A stretch of DNA of 34,280 nt from an uncultured Ignavibacteriales bacterium (GTDB taxonomy: Bacteria; Zixibacteria; MSB-5A5; GN15; JAAZOE01). This document shows positions 16,944 through 27,361 of the stretch, one piece after another (the stretch's first letter is position 1; each line of letters starts with the position of its first letter). The DNA lies in assembly GCA_964611355.1 (NCBI GenBank), contig CAZSYD010000025.1:1-34280 (forward strand). The letters run 5' to 3'. The position numbers and the translations under genes were made by a program. Under the pieces are notes generated by a model. That model did not search any database and was not told where the DNA came from. It worked only from the letters and a program-made list of their open reading frames with translations.

Positions 16944-17693
16944 ATGTCGGGTCATTCAAAATGGGCTACAATCAAGCGAAAAAAGGGCAAAACCGATGCC
17001 GCCCGCGGGCGGACATTTACCAAGCTAATAAAGGAAATCACCATCGCCGCCCGTCAAGGTGGAAGCGACCCTGATGCCAACCCCCGCCTGCGAACCGCGA
17101 TCGTTTCGGCAAAAGCCGCCAATATGCCGGCTGATAATATAAAAAAGGCTGTCCAGAAAGGTACCGGTGAACTGCCGGGCGTTACCTATGAAGAAACCTC
17201 TTTTGAGGGATACGGCCCGAACGGCGTGGCCATATTTATCGATATTCTCACTGATAACCGTAATCGCACGATAGCCGAGATAAGGCATATCTTTTCCAGA
17301 TACAACGGTAATCTGGGAGAAAACGGCTGTGTCGCCTGGATGTTTGACCGAAAGGGTATTATTACCATCAACAAAGAAGGTACCGATGAAGATACCCTGA
17401 TGGAGGTCGCCCTTGAAGCCGGAGCCACCGATATTCAGCCGCAGGAGGATGCCTTTGAAGTAATCATGGAGCCGACTGATATCGAAACGGTGCGTGAGGC
17501 TCTCCAAAAAGGTTCTTTCAACATTCTTGAGGCTGAAGTAAGAAGAATTCCTCAGAATACGGTCGATCTGGATCGGAAGGGGGCGGAGTCAATGATGAAG
17601 CTGTACGAAGCTCTCGACGAACACGACGACGTCCAGAAAATTTCAGCTAACTTCGACATCGACGACGAAATCCTGGAAGAGTTGTCGGCCTGA
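16944..17693 (+). CDS. yebC: YebC/PmpR family protein
   Basis: MSGHSKWATIKRKK, EGYGP and TDNRNRT motifs. GGAGG RBS. Confidence 0.97.
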   Translation: MSGHSKWATIKRKKGKTDAARGRTFTKLIKEITIAARQGGSDPDANPRLRTAIVSAKAANMPADNIKKAVQKGTGELPGVTYEETSFEGYGPNGVAIFIDILTDNRNRTIAEIRHIFSRYNGNLGENGCVAWMFDRKGIITINKEGTDEDTLMEVALEAGATDIQPQEDAFEVIMEPTDIETVREALQKGSFNILEAEVRRIPQNTVDLDRKGAESMMKLYEALDEHDDVQKISANFDIDDEILEELSA

Positions 17694-17694
17694 T

Positions 17695-18183
17695 ATGCTG
17701 GTGCTCGGCGTTGATCCCGGGCTGGCGACTACCGGCTACGGTCTGATACGATGCCGGTCGGGTCGATCGCAGTTGGTGGAGGGGGGAGTTATTCATTCGC
17801 AGGATTCAGACCCGATGGAAAAGCGGGTCGGCGCTATATTTTCCGGTATGATGGAAATTCTAAATGCCTTTAACCCTGATCTGCTTTCGATGGAAGATAT
17901 ATACTCTCATTACAATCATCCCAAAACGGCTATCATCATGGCGCATGCTCGAGGCGCCGTGTTGGCCGCCGCCGACCAGAAAAAGGTGCCGGTCAAAAGC
18001 TATCCCGCGACTACCGTAAAAAGTTCTATCACCGGCAACGGCCGGGCAGGGAAAGAACAGGTGCAAAGAATGGTTATCAATATGCTGGGTCTTTCCGCGC
18101 CGATGGAGCCTTATGATATCTCCGACGCGCTGGCGGCGGCGCTCTGTCACATTAATCAGAATATGAAAGCGACGGTATCATGA
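17695..18183 (+). CDS. ruvC: Holliday junction resolvase RuvC
   Basis: LGVDPG, ARG, GNGRAGKEQV and DISDALA motifs. Confidence 0.96.
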   Translation: MLVLGVDPGLATTGYGLIRCRSGRSQLVEGGVIHSQDSDPMEKRVGAIFSGMMEILNAFNPDLLSMEDIYSHYNHPKTAIIMAHARGAVLAAADQKKVPVKSYPATTVKSSITGNGRAGKEQVQRMVINMLGLSAPMEPYDISDALAAALCHINQNMKATVS

Positions 18184-18824
18184 TTCAGAAAATTTCCGGG
18201 AAAATAGACAGCGTCGGTGAGGAAACGATCACCCTTGAACTGAACGGCATCTATTACGAGATATTGATTCCATCGGGGTTGGCCGAACCTCTTCGAAATC
18301 AGGCCCGGGAGGGTTTATCGGTAACCCTTTACACCTATCATTACATCGAATCATCCGGCGGCTCGTCGAATCTGTTTCCCCGGCTGGTTGGTTTTACGGT
18401 TCCTTCCGACAGGGAATTTTTCCGGCTTTTTACGACCGTTTCCGGTATCGGGGTCCGCAAGGCGCTTCGCTGCCTGACGGTACCGGTGAGGGACATTGCG
18501 CGGTCGATTGAGAACAAGGATATCTCGCTGCTGAAAAAGCTGCCGGGTATCGGTCCCCGGATGGCCGAAAAGATTGTCGCCGAACTGTCGGGCAAGACCG
18601 CCCGATTCGCGCTTTCCCGGAGTGATCGACCGCTGGCAATACCGGAGAAAAAGAAGGTTGATTTTGAGGATGAGGTTTACGAGGTATTAACGCAATTGCA
18701 GTATAAGCCGGCCGAAATCGACGCTATGATCAGACGAGCGCTGGAAGTCAAACCCGATATCGGTTCCACCGAGGATATGGTGTCGGTTATCTTTTCCATG
18801 CAACGCGAGGCGTCGACCAAATGA
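18180..18824 (+). CDS. ruvA: Holliday junction branch migration protein RuvA
   Basis: HhH motifs VSGIG and LPGIGPRMAEKI. Lies between ruvC and ruvB. Confidence 0.94.
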   Translation: MIQKISGKIDSVGEETITLELNGIYYEILIPSGLAEPLRNQAREGLSVTLYTYHYIESSGGSSNLFPRLVGFTVPSDREFFRLFTTVSGIGVRKALRCLTVPVRDIARSIENKDISLLKKLPGIGPRMAEKIVAELSGKTARFALSRSDRPLAIPEKKKVDFEDEVYEVLTQLQYKPAEIDAMIRRALEVKPDIGSTEDMVSVIFSMQREASTK

Positions 18825-19852
18825 AACGCGAGAGAATATTAAGTCCCGAAGCGGTCAGCCGTGAAGAAGAAAAAAATCTTCGGTCGCTTCGCCCGACGAT
18901 GCTGGATGAATATGTCGGCCAGAAAGACCTCGTTGCCAAGCTTCGCCTTTCGATTGAAGCCGCCCGCAGACGGGGCGAACCCCACGAACATGTCCTTTTT
19001 TACGGCCCGCCGGGCCTGGGCAAGACGACCCTGGCGCATATCATCGCGCGGGAAATGGGGGCTGATATCGTTACCACGTCCGGGCCGACGTTGACCCGTT
19101 CCGGCGACCTGATGGGAGTTTTGACCAATCTCAAGCGGGGCGACGTTCTCTTCATAGATGAAATTCACCGCCTGAACCCGATAGTGGAAGAGTTTATCTA
19201 CCCGGCCATGGAGGATTTCAAGGTCGAGTTTCTTGTGGACAAGGGAGCCTTTGCGCGGGCGATCAATATGCCCCTGAAACAATTCACCCTGATCGGAGCG
19301 ACCACACGGGCCGGGCTTTTGACTGCGCCGATGCGGGATCGTTTCGGCATTTACCATCATATCGATTTTTATGAAGTCGAAGACCTCCGACAAATCGCGA
19401 AAAGATCAGCCGGATTGCTTAAGGTCGGAATTGACGATGAAGCGGCTTTGATTGTCGGGCAGCGCAGCCGGGGGACGCCGCGGATTGCAAACAGGCTCCT
19501 GAGGCGGGTACGCGATTATAGTGAAGTCAAAGCCGACGGCGAGATAACCGCCGACCTGGCCCGGAAAGCGTTGGAGATGGAAGGAATCGATGGAATTGGC
19601 CTCGATAAACTTGATCGCAGCTACCTGAAAGTTATAATCGACTACTATAACGGCGGGCCGGTCGGCCTGGAAACGATTGCCACCACACTTAACGAGGAAA
19701 GCGATACGCTGGTCGATATGGTTGAACCGTATTTGCTCAAGATCGGGTACGTTCAGCGTACGCGGCAGGGAAGAATTGCGACCGAAAGTTCCTATGAACA
19801 TCTTGGCATAAAAAAGGGAGGGACTTCCGGTCCCCAGGAATCGTTGTTTTAG
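18821..19852 (+). CDS. ruvB: Holliday junction branch migration helicase RuvB
   Basis: LRP..EYVGQ, GPPGLGKTTLA, LFIDEIHRL and SRGTPRIANRLL motifs. Confidence 0.98.
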   Translation: MKRERILSPEAVSREEEKNLRSLRPTMLDEYVGQKDLVAKLRLSIEAARRRGEPHEHVLFYGPPGLGKTTLAHIIAREMGADIVTTSGPTLTRSGDLMGVLTNLKRGDVLFIDEIHRLNPIVEEFIYPAMEDFKVEFLVDKGAFARAINMPLKQFTLIGATTRAGLLTAPMRDRFGIYHHIDFYEVEDLRQIAKRSAGLLKVGIDDEAALIVGQRSRGTPRIANRLLRRVRDYSEVKADGEITADLARKALEMEGIDGIGLDKLDRSYLKVIIDYYNGGPVGLETIATTLNEESDTLVDMVEPYLLKIGYVQRTRQGRIATESSYEHLGIKKGGTSGPQESLF

Positions 19853-19905
19853 GTCAGGGTGGGTATTTTCTCAATCGACAGGCGACCGCACCCGGTAATT
19901 TCCCC

Positions 19906-20136
19906 ATGAGCCAGTTTTCTTTACACAGTCTCGGCAGGTTTTTGATAATATTCGGCGGGCTGATTATTGTTCTTGGAATCGTGTTGTCGGTGGAAGGAAA
20001 GATACCGTATCTCGGCAATCTTCCGGGCGATATTCATATAAAAAGGGAAACCTTCTCTTTTCACTTCCCGGTCGTTACCTGTATTATTCTTTCGATTATT
20101 CTAACGGTCATTCTAAACCTTATATTCCGCAGATGA
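19906..20136 (+). CDS. DUF2905 family small membrane protein
   Basis: LGNLPGDI..F.FPVVTCIILSI. Usual position between ruvB and queA. Confidence 0.9.
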   Translation: MSQFSLHSLGRFLIIFGGLIIVLGIVLSVEGKIPYLGNLPGDIHIKRETFSFHFPVVTCIILSIILTVILNLIFRR

Positions 20137-21161
20137 AACTGTCGCTGTTTGATTATTATCTCCCTCCGGAGTTAATCGCTCAATATCCTGCCGGTAAACG
20201 GGCAGACTCGCGGATGCTGGTATTGAAACGAGAAAGCGGTGAAATCATCGACAGCTTCTTTAATCAATTGCCGGATTTTATTGATTCTTCATACTTTTTG
20301 GTTCTCAATAACAGTAAGGTATTCAAAGCCCGCCTTTTCGGCCGCCGCGCCACCGGCGGGAAGGTGGAGATATTCCTTGTTCGCCGCGCCGGGGGAAATA
20401 AATGGTTGGCGTTATTACGTCCGTCCCGGAGAATTAAAAAAGATGAACGACTGTTCTTCGATGCCGGGCATTATATTACCGTTTCGGATCAACCGGGCCC
20501 GATAGAGAGGGTTGTCTCGTTTCCGACCCGGCGCGACGAGGATTTTATCATCTCACGATACGGCAAAGTTCCCCTGCCGCCTTATATCAGGCGATCCCCT
20601 GAGCGGAAGGATATAACCCGCTATCAGACTATTTACGCGCAAAAAACCGGATCGGTGGCGGCGCCGACGGCCGGACTCCATTTTGACCGCCGGATGCTGG
20701 CCCGTTTAGATGAGAAAAAAATAGAAAGCGAAAGAATTACGCTCCATGTCGGGCCGGGGACGTTCAAGCCGGTGAAGGTCGATGATATTGAAGGTCATAT
20801 TGTCGATCCGGAATATGCTGAAATCTCAAAGAAAACAGCCGCTTCCATCAATCGCCGCAAGGCGGGAGGACAAAAACTACTTGGCGTCGGAACGACCACC
20901 GTCAGAACAATTGAATCGGCTTCAGACAAAAACGGAAATCTGCCTGCCGGCTCCAAGGGCATGGTTGACCTGTTTATATATCCGCCTTACGGATTTAAGA
21001 TGGTCGATGCCATGCTGACCAATTTTCATCTGCCCAAATCGTCGCTTCTGATGCTGACGGCGGCTTTCTGCGGAAGGGATTTAATCTTTGAGGCTTACCG
21101 GCAGGCAATTGACCGGAAATACCGCTTTTACAGCTATGGCGATTGCATGCTGATCCTGTGA
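20133..21161 (+). CDS. queA: S-adenosylmethionine:tRNA ribosyltransferase-isomerase
   Basis: FDYYLPPELIAQ, PLPPYI, GSVAAPTAGLHF, TNFHLPKS and YRFYSYGD motifs. Confidence 0.98.
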   Translation: MKLSLFDYYLPPELIAQYPAGKRADSRMLVLKRESGEIIDSFFNQLPDFIDSSYFLVLNNSKVFKARLFGRRATGGKVEIFLVRRAGGNKWLALLRPSRRIKKDERLFFDAGHYITVSDQPGPIERVVSFPTRRDEDFIISRYGKVPLPPYIRRSPERKDITRYQTIYAQKTGSVAAPTAGLHFDRRMLARLDEKKIESERITLHVGPGTFKPVKVDDIEGHIVDPEYAEISKKTAASINRRKAGGQKLLGVGTTTVRTIESASDKNGNLPAGSKGMVDLFIYPPYGFKMVDAMLTNFHLPKSSLLMLTAAFCGRDLIFEAYRQAIDRKYRFYSYGDCMLIL

Positions 21162-21209
21162 TTTTCTTTTCTCTTTACCTGAAGCATTAACTGCTTTAAC
21201 TTAAGCGGC

Positions 21210-21908
21210 ATGAAAACAATGGCGCTGATTGTCGCCGCCGGCAGCGGCAAACGATTCGGTGAGGATATTCCCAAGCAGTACCAACTGGTGGCCGGTCGAC
21301 CGCTTCTGTCATGGACTATTTCCCGATTCGAGGCGGCTTCCACTATCGATCAGATCGCCGTCATAGCAACCGAAGATTATCTGTTGTACGTGAATAACAG
21401 CGTTATTAATCCGTATCGATTCCGGAAGGTTCTCAAGGTTGTTCCGGGAGGCGAGACAAGAGCCGAGTCCGTTCTGCTGGGCATTGAATCGCTGCCGCTG
21501 TCAACGTCTTATGTGGCTATTCATGACGGCGTCAGGCCTCTGGTCAGGCCGTCCGATATCGACCTGACGGTTTTGGAAGCGCGAAATCACAGGGCTGCGA
21601 TCCTGGGGAGACCGGTTAATGATACGGTAAAAAGAGCGAAAGAAGGGATGATACTGGCGACGGTTGATCGCAACCATCTATTTCTGGCTGAAACTCCCCA
21701 GGTGTTTCAATACGACCTGATTAAAGAATCGTACATCAAGGGAATCGAGAAAGAGAAATCGACTACCGATGATGCGGCAATGGTCGAGGCGCTTGGATTC
21801 AAAGTCAAAATGGTTTGCTCAACCGGTCCCAACCCGAAACTAACGACTTCCGATGACCTTGAATTTATAAAAGCCATGCTGGAAAGGGAAAGCGGTGAAA
21901 GAGCATAG
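21210..21908 (+). CDS. ispD: 2-C-methyl-D-erythritol 4-phosphate cytidylyltransferase
   Basis: AAGSGKRF..PKQY, IHDGVRP, ETPQVF and TDDA motifs. Confidence 0.96.
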   Translation: MKTMALIVAAGSGKRFGEDIPKQYQLVAGRPLLSWTISRFEAASTIDQIAVIATEDYLLYVNNSVINPYRFRKVLKVVPGGETRAESVLLGIESLPLSTSYVAIHDGVRPLVRPSDIDLTVLEARNHRAAILGRPVNDTVKRAKEGMILATVDRNHLFLAETPQVFQYDLIKESYIKGIEKEKSTTDDAAMVEALGFKVKMVCSTGPNPKLTTSDDLEFIKAMLERESGERA

Positions 21909-22374
21909 GTGCGGCATAGGATTTGACGCTCACGCCTTCGCCGACGGCCGCAAACTGATGCTTGGCGGCGTGGAAATCGATTATCATCGAGGGCTGGAAG
22001 GGCATTCCGACGCCGACGTGCTGATACATGCCGTAATCGACGCTCTTCTCGGCGCGGCCGGTCTGGGAGATATCGGGCGGCATTATCCCGATACGGACCG
22101 GAAATACCGCCATATCAGTTCGCTTTTGCTTTTGGAATCGACCATGGAGAAACTGCGCGAGGTGGGTTGGGAGGTAGCCAACATTGACGCCACTCTTATC
22201 GCCCAGAAACCGAAACTGTCGGGATACATCGGCGTGATGCGGGGTACGCTGGCCAAATCGATGGAAATCGGTATTGATCGCATCAATATAAAGGCCACGA
22301 CAACCGAGGGGCTGGGCTTTGCCGGGCGCGAGGAAGGCATTGCCGCCATGGCGGTAGCGTCCATCTGCAAGTAA
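21895..22374 (+). CDS. ispF: 2-C-methyl-D-erythritol 2,4-cyclodiphosphate synthase
   Basis: GIGFDAH, GHSDADV..H, GDIG and KATTTEGLGF motifs. Confidence 0.97.
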   Translation: MKEHRCGIGFDAHAFADGRKLMLGGVEIDYHRGLEGHSDADVLIHAVIDALLGAAGLGDIGRHYPDTDRKYRHISSLLLLESTMEKLREVGWEVANIDATLIAQKPKLSGYIGVMRGTLAKSMEIGIDRINIKATTTEGLGFAGREEGIAAMAVASICK

Positions 22375-22379
22375 AACCG

Positions 22380-23018
22380 ATGATAGACTTTCTTACGGCC
22401 GGATTCAATGAACTGCTTCAGTTTGCGGACAACATCGAGCCGGGTTATATATATTTTTTCCTTTTTTCCATCGCTTTTCTCGAAAATATTTTTCCGCCGA
22501 TACCGGGCGATACTTTCACTATCGTTGGTGGTTACCTGGCCGCCTGCGGCAGGCTTGATTTGTTATCGACCTTTGCCGCCATTACGCTTGGCACCATCTC
22601 ATCGGTAATGATCATTTATTACTTTGGCTACCATGGCGGCCGCGATTATATCGTTCGCAAAAATCTCACGATTTTTTCGGTTAAAGATCTCGAACGGGTG
22701 CAAGGCTGGTTCGTCCGCCATGGGGCGTGGGTGCTTCTTTGCAGCCGCTTCATTGTCGGGGCCAGGGTGGCGGTCGCTTTCGGGGCGGGCTTGAGCAAAT
22801 TCCCACCCGTCCGGATGGCGCTGTACTCATATATTTCAAGCGCGTTGTTTCATGGTCTTCTTATGGCGTTGGCTTTTTTGATGTATGCCTATATCGAAAA
22901 ACTCGCCGAATGGTTCAACCTGTATAATAAAATAATCTTGGTTATCGTGGCGGCGCTGGTTATAATGTGGATTATTATTGTCGTGCGCAGATTCAAAAAT
23001 GAAAGAAAGAAAATTTGA
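22380..23018 (+). CDS. DedA family membrane protein
   Basis: LENIFPPIPGD and SRFIVGAR motifs. Confidence 0.92.
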   Translation: MIDFLTAGFNELLQFADNIEPGYIYFFLFSIAFLENIFPPIPGDTFTIVGGYLAACGRLDLLSTFAAITLGTISSVMIIYYFGYHGGRDYIVRKNLTIFSVKDLERVQGWFVRHGAWVLLCSRFIVGARVAVAFGAGLSKFPPVRMALYSYISSALFHGLLMALAFLMYAYIEKLAEWFNLYNKIILVIVAALVIMWIIIVVRRFKNERKKI

Positions 23019-24051
23019 TATTCTGGTTCTGGCGGGCGGGGAATCGGCGGAACGTGAAGTTTCGCTATCCTCGGCCCGGGCGGTGGCCGACTCGCTTTTG
23101 AAATCGGGCCACCGCGTTCGCGTTATCGATACATTCAACGGCAAATTCCTGACCGATCAATCAGGACGATTTATTGCCGATAGCGACAGCCCGGCTCATC
23201 GGGAAACCGCTCTGCCGATGCAAGTACGCCGCATGTACGACCCGGTTCTGGCCGGGGAACTGACAAAGGTGAAGCAGGGCGGCGTCGATCTGGTTTTCAA
23301 CGCTCTTCACGGCGGAGCTGGCGAGAACGGGATAATACAGGCGTTGCTTGATTTAATCGGCATACCATACACCGGTTCGCCGACAGCTGCTTCGGCCGTA
23401 GCCATGAACAAGGATATCTCCAAGCGGATAATGAAATCACTGAATATCCCCACCGCCGAATGGATACGATTCGACCGGCCTGAAGAAAAATCAATGAGCC
23501 GAATTTCCGAAGAAATCGGAAACGGGCCGATTCATCTGCCGCTGATAATCAAACCCTGCGATGGCGGTTCGACGGTCGGGCTGACATTGGTGGAAACGCC
23601 CGATCAATTATCTGAAGCGGTCGAAGCCGCCTTTGCCGTTTCTAATTCGATAATTATCGAAAGATATCTTAAAGGGCGCGAGATAACCATTGCCGTTCTC
23701 GACGGTCAGGCGCTTCCACCGGTCGAAATCAGGCCAAGCCATAAACTTTATGATTATACCTGTAAATACACCAGTGGGAAATCGCAATATATCTGCCCGG
23801 CCGAGATTGATGATAATATCGTGCGTAGTCTTTCCGATGATGCGGTGCTGTTTTACAAGACCATCGGTTGCCGGGGTTATGCCCGGGTTGATTTCATTGT
23901 TGCCTCTGATGGAGAATATATCTGTCTGGAACTAAACACTCTACCGGGCATGACCGAACTTTCCCTGTTTCCGATGGCCGCCCGCGCGGCCGGTCTTGAA
24001 TTTGACCAACTGCTGGAAAAACTGTGTCATCTGGCGCTGGAGGGAAAGTAG
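22999..24051 (+). CDS. ddl: D-alanine--D-alanine ligase
   Basis: GGESAEREVSL, NALHGGAGENG, YDYTCKY, RVDF and ELNTLPGMT motifs. ATG at 22999. Confidence 0.96.
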   Translation: MKERKFDILVLAGGESAEREVSLSSARAVADSLLKSGHRVRVIDTFNGKFLTDQSGRFIADSDSPAHRETALPMQVRRMYDPVLAGELTKVKQGGVDLVFNALHGGAGENGIIQALLDLIGIPYTGSPTAASAVAMNKDISKRIMKSLNIPTAEWIRFDRPEEKSMSRISEEIGNGPIHLPLIIKPCDGGSTVGLTLVETPDQLSEAVEAAFAVSNSIIIERYLKGREITIAVLDGQALPPVEIRPSHKLYDYTCKYTSGKSQYICPAEIDDNIVRSLSDDAVLFYKTIGCRGYARVDFIVASDGEYICLELNTLPGMTELSLFPMAARAAGLEFDQLLEKLCHLALEGK

Positions 24052-24789
24052 GTGTCGTTTTCCCATATCAAAGGCGTCATTTTCGATCTTGGTTCCACTC
24101 TGATTGAATATGAAAATCGTTCCTGGAAGGAAGTATCATACGACGGGCAAAAACTGGCTTATGGACAGTTGGAGAACCTTAACCATAATCTGCCTGATTT
24201 CGAGATGTTCAATAATCGTCTTGAAGAGATAAAGCAGAAATACCGCGACCATGCAATCGGGACCTTGAATGAATGGACAGTAACCGACGCCCCCGAAAAA
24301 CTGCTGACGGAACTTGGTCTGGATAACCCGAAAGAAGAAAGCCGCCGCTTTATCGATGCTTTCTATACAGTCGTCAGAGAGCAGCTAACGGAATGTGAAG
24401 GCGCTCGTGATACGCTTGAAGAATTACGTAACCGGGGATATAAATTAGGGTTGATCTCAAATACAATATTCCCCGGAAATCTTCACGAAACGGATCTGGA
24501 GAAGTTCGGTTTGATTCCTTATCTGGGATTCAGGATTTATTCCTGCGAATTCGGACTGCGGAAACCGCACCCCGATATATTCAGAGCGGGTCTGGAGAAA
24601 ATCGGCCTTACTTCAGCAGAAACGATATATGTCGGCGATCGTTACATAGAAGATATACAGGGTCCACACAGTATCGGGATGCCGGCCATACTGAAATACC
24701 GTAAAGGCCGAGATTATCCGGATCCGATTCCGGCGGGTTTTCCGATTATCGAAAAAATCTCGGAACTGCCGGATATTTTGCGAAAATAG
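24052..24789 (+). CDS. HAD family hydrolase
   Basis: IFDLGSTL, LISN, RKPHPDIF and VGDRYIEDI motifs. Confidence 0.9.
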   Translation: MSFSHIKGVIFDLGSTLIEYENRSWKEVSYDGQKLAYGQLENLNHNLPDFEMFNNRLEEIKQKYRDHAIGTLNEWTVTDAPEKLLTELGLDNPKEESRRFIDAFYTVVREQLTECEGARDTLEELRNRGYKLGLISNTIFPGNLHETDLEKFGLIPYLGFRIYSCEFGLRKPHPDIFRAGLEKIGLTSAETIYVGDRYIEDIQGPHSIGMPAILKYRKGRDYPDPIPAGFPIIEKISELPDILRK

Positions 24790-24818
24790 CGGTGATACCA
24801 TAGAAAGGGAGAAAACAA

Positions 24819-25889
24819 GTGGATTTTTCAGCAAAGCTTTTACAGGATTTGACCAACGCCAGCGGTACTTCCGGTCATGAGGAAGCGGCCACCGAGGTAA
24901 TGGCTTCGTATCTCAAAGGCATGGCCAAAATCGAGTACGATCGGCTTGGTTCTTTGATTGCGGAAAAGAAAGGAACCAGCGATGCGCCTCGAATACTGGT
25001 CGATTCGCATCTTGATGAGGTCGGCTTCATGGTCAAAGAAATTACCAAGCAGGGATTTATCAAGTTTTTGCCCCTGGGCGGCTGGTGGGGGCACGTCGCC
25101 CTGGGCCAGCGGATGAAAGTTATTACCAAAAAAGGCCAGGTGCTGGGCGTGGTCGGCAGTAAGCCGCCGCATATGCTCAAGGACGATGAACGCAAAAAAG
25201 TCATGGATTTTGACGACATGTTTATCGACGTCGGCGCCATGCAGAAATACGATGTTACCAAAAAGCTGGGAGTGGAGGTCGGCAATCCGATTGTTCCCGA
25301 TTCCCGGTTTACCGTCATGAACAACGCTCAACTGTACATGGCCAAGGCGTTCGATAACAGAGTGGCCTGTGCGCTGGTGGTTGATCTGATCCGTAAGCTT
25401 CAGCGGGTAAAACATCCCAATACCGTTTTCGGCAGCGGCTCGGTGCAGGAAGAGGTCGGCCTGCGCGGCGCCGCCACGGTGGCGCATATGACCAATCCCG
25501 ACGTGGCTATCATTGTTGACGTGGGGATTGCGTTTGATGTTCCCGGTTATGATGATCGCGCCGAAAAACTTGGGGCCGGACCTGCTATTCTGGTCTATGA
25601 TTCGGGTCTGATCCCCAATGTCCACCTGCGAGAACTGCTGATGGATATCGCTACGAAAAACAAAATCCCCTTTCATCTTTCTTACATGGCCAGAGGCATG
25701 GGCGACGGCGCGCGGATTCATATTACCCGTTCCGGGGTTCCATCAATTTACATCGGGCCGCCGACGCGCTATATTCACAGTCACAATTCAATTCTCTGTC
25801 GTAAGGATTATGACAATACGTTAAAACTGCTGTTTGAAGTGGTGAAAAGGCTCGATAAAAAGACGGTCGCATCACTGACGATGAGGTAG
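24819..25889 (+). CDS. M42 family (TET-like) metallo-aminopeptidase
   Basis: SHLDEVG, PLGGW, KAFDNR, QEEVGLRGA and RYIHSH motifs. Confidence 0.93.
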   Translation: MDFSAKLLQDLTNASGTSGHEEAATEVMASYLKGMAKIEYDRLGSLIAEKKGTSDAPRILVDSHLDEVGFMVKEITKQGFIKFLPLGGWWGHVALGQRMKVITKKGQVLGVVGSKPPHMLKDDERKKVMDFDDMFIDVGAMQKYDVTKKLGVEVGNPIVPDSRFTVMNNAQLYMAKAFDNRVACALVVDLIRKLQRVKHPNTVFGSGSVQEEVGLRGAATVAHMTNPDVAIIVDVGIAFDVPGYDDRAEKLGAGPAILVYDSGLIPNVHLRELLMDIATKNKIPFHLSYMARGMGDGARIHITRSGVPSIYIGPPTRYIHSHNSILCRKDYDNTLKLLFEVVKRLDKKTVASLTMR

Positions 25890-25891
25890 CT

Positions 25892-27289
25892 ATGGCTTTG
25901 CGGTTCTACAATACCATGACCCGGAGAAAGGAAGAATTTCTGCCGATTGAAGACGGTCACGTCCGGATGTATACCTGCGGCCCGACGGTTTATGGTTTTG
26001 CTCACATCGGGAACCTGCGAACCTTTATTTTCGAGGACCTCCTGAGGCGGTACCTCAAGTACAAAGGTTACCGGGTGAGGCAGGTGATGAACCTGACCGA
26101 CGTTGATGACAAGACGATCAAAGGTTCCCGGGAGAGGGGGATTTCGCTTCGTGAGTATACTGCCGAATATAAGAATGCTTTTTTCGAAGATATCGACGCC
26201 CTTGGTATCGAACGGGCCGAAATCTACCCCGAAGCGACGGCGCATATTCCGGAAATGGTGGAACTGGTAAAAAAGCTGAAAGATAAGGGGTTTGCTTACG
26301 AAACGGATGGCTCTGTTTACTACAAGATTTCCAGGTTTGCCGATTACGGGAAGCTATCCCGAATGAAAATGGACGCACTCAGGGCCGGCGCCCGCGTGGC
26401 TGCCGACGAGTATGAAAAGGAACAGGTTTCCGATTTTGCCCTGTGGAAGGGATGGGACGAGGATGACGGTGACGTCTTCTGGGAAACAGAACTTGGCAAA
26501 GGACGCCCCGGCTGGCATATCGAATGCTCGGCCATGTCCATGAAATATCTCGGCGAACAGTTTGACATCCATACCGGCGGAGTCGATAACATTTTCCCTC
26601 ACCACGAAAATGAAATCGCCCAGTCGGAAGCTGCGACCGGACACAGGTTCGCTAATTTCTGGCTTCATGCCGAACATCTGATAGTCGAAGGTCGCAAAAT
26701 GGCCAAATCATTCGGGAATTTCTATACCCTGCGCGACGTTCTGGCCAAAGGCTATTCTCCTCTGGCCATACGCTATCTTCTGATGGCGACCCATTATCGC
26801 CAGCAGCTTAATTTCACCTTCGAAGCTCTCGAAGCGGCTCACAATGGCCTGGAACGGTACCATGATTTCATCGCCAATATCGGCGATGTTACTCTCGAAA
26901 CCGACGGGGGAGAGGCGGACGGGTATATTGAAAAGGCCAAAAATGGATTCGAAGCCGCTCTGGATGATGATCTGAATATATCACCGGCTCTGGGCGAGGT
27001 ATTCAATTTCATCCGCGACATTAATCGGCTGAAGGCTGAAAACCGTCTGTCTAAAACAGAGGCAAAGCGGGTTCTCGAAACAATAAACCGATTCGATTCG
27101 GTACTCGGCCTGCAGAAAAAAGAAGAAATCTCTCTTGATTCCGAGATAGAGGCGATGATTCAGGCCCGCATCGAAGCCCGCAAAAACAAAAACTGGGTCG
27201 AAGCCGACCGCATCCGGGACGAGTTAATAAAAAAGGGTATTATTCTGGAGGATACCCCAACGGGTACAAAGTGGAAGAGGAAATTGTAA
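25892..27289 (+). CDS. cysS: Cysteine--tRNA ligase
   Basis: YTCGPTVY, HIGN, GRPGWHIECSAM and KMAKS motifs. Confidence 0.98.
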   Translation: MALRFYNTMTRRKEEFLPIEDGHVRMYTCGPTVYGFAHIGNLRTFIFEDLLRRYLKYKGYRVRQVMNLTDVDDKTIKGSRERGISLREYTAEYKNAFFEDIDALGIERAEIYPEATAHIPEMVELVKKLKDKGFAYETDGSVYYKISRFADYGKLSRMKMDALRAGARVAADEYEKEQVSDFALWKGWDEDDGDVFWETELGKGRPGWHIECSAMSMKYLGEQFDIHTGGVDNIFPHHENEIAQSEAATGHRFANFWLHAEHLIVEGRKMAKSFGNFYTLRDVLAKGYSPLAIRYLLMATHYRQQLNFTFEALEAAHNGLERYHDFIANIGDVTLETDGGEADGYIEKAKNGFEAALDDDLNISPALGEVFNFIRDINRLKAENRLSKTEAKRVLETINRFDSVLGLQKKEEISLDSEIEAMIQARIEARKNKNWVEADRIRDELIKKGIILEDTPTGTKWKRKL

Positions 27290-27361
27290 ACATAGACTTG
27301 CGCAACAAGCCTGATATGTCAGGTGTTTCCGATATTTGAGTGTTCGCATAAAGGTAACGAT

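Noticed and set aside
22999..24051. Van-type D-Ala-D-Lac ligase
   Set aside because: The omega loop keeps YDY..KY as in D-Ala-D-Ala ligases, and there are no vanH/X/R/S neighbours.
19906..27289. queA without adjacent tgt, and ispDF separated from cysS by four genes
   Set aside because: Ordinary gene-order variation. tgt may lie elsewhere in the genome.
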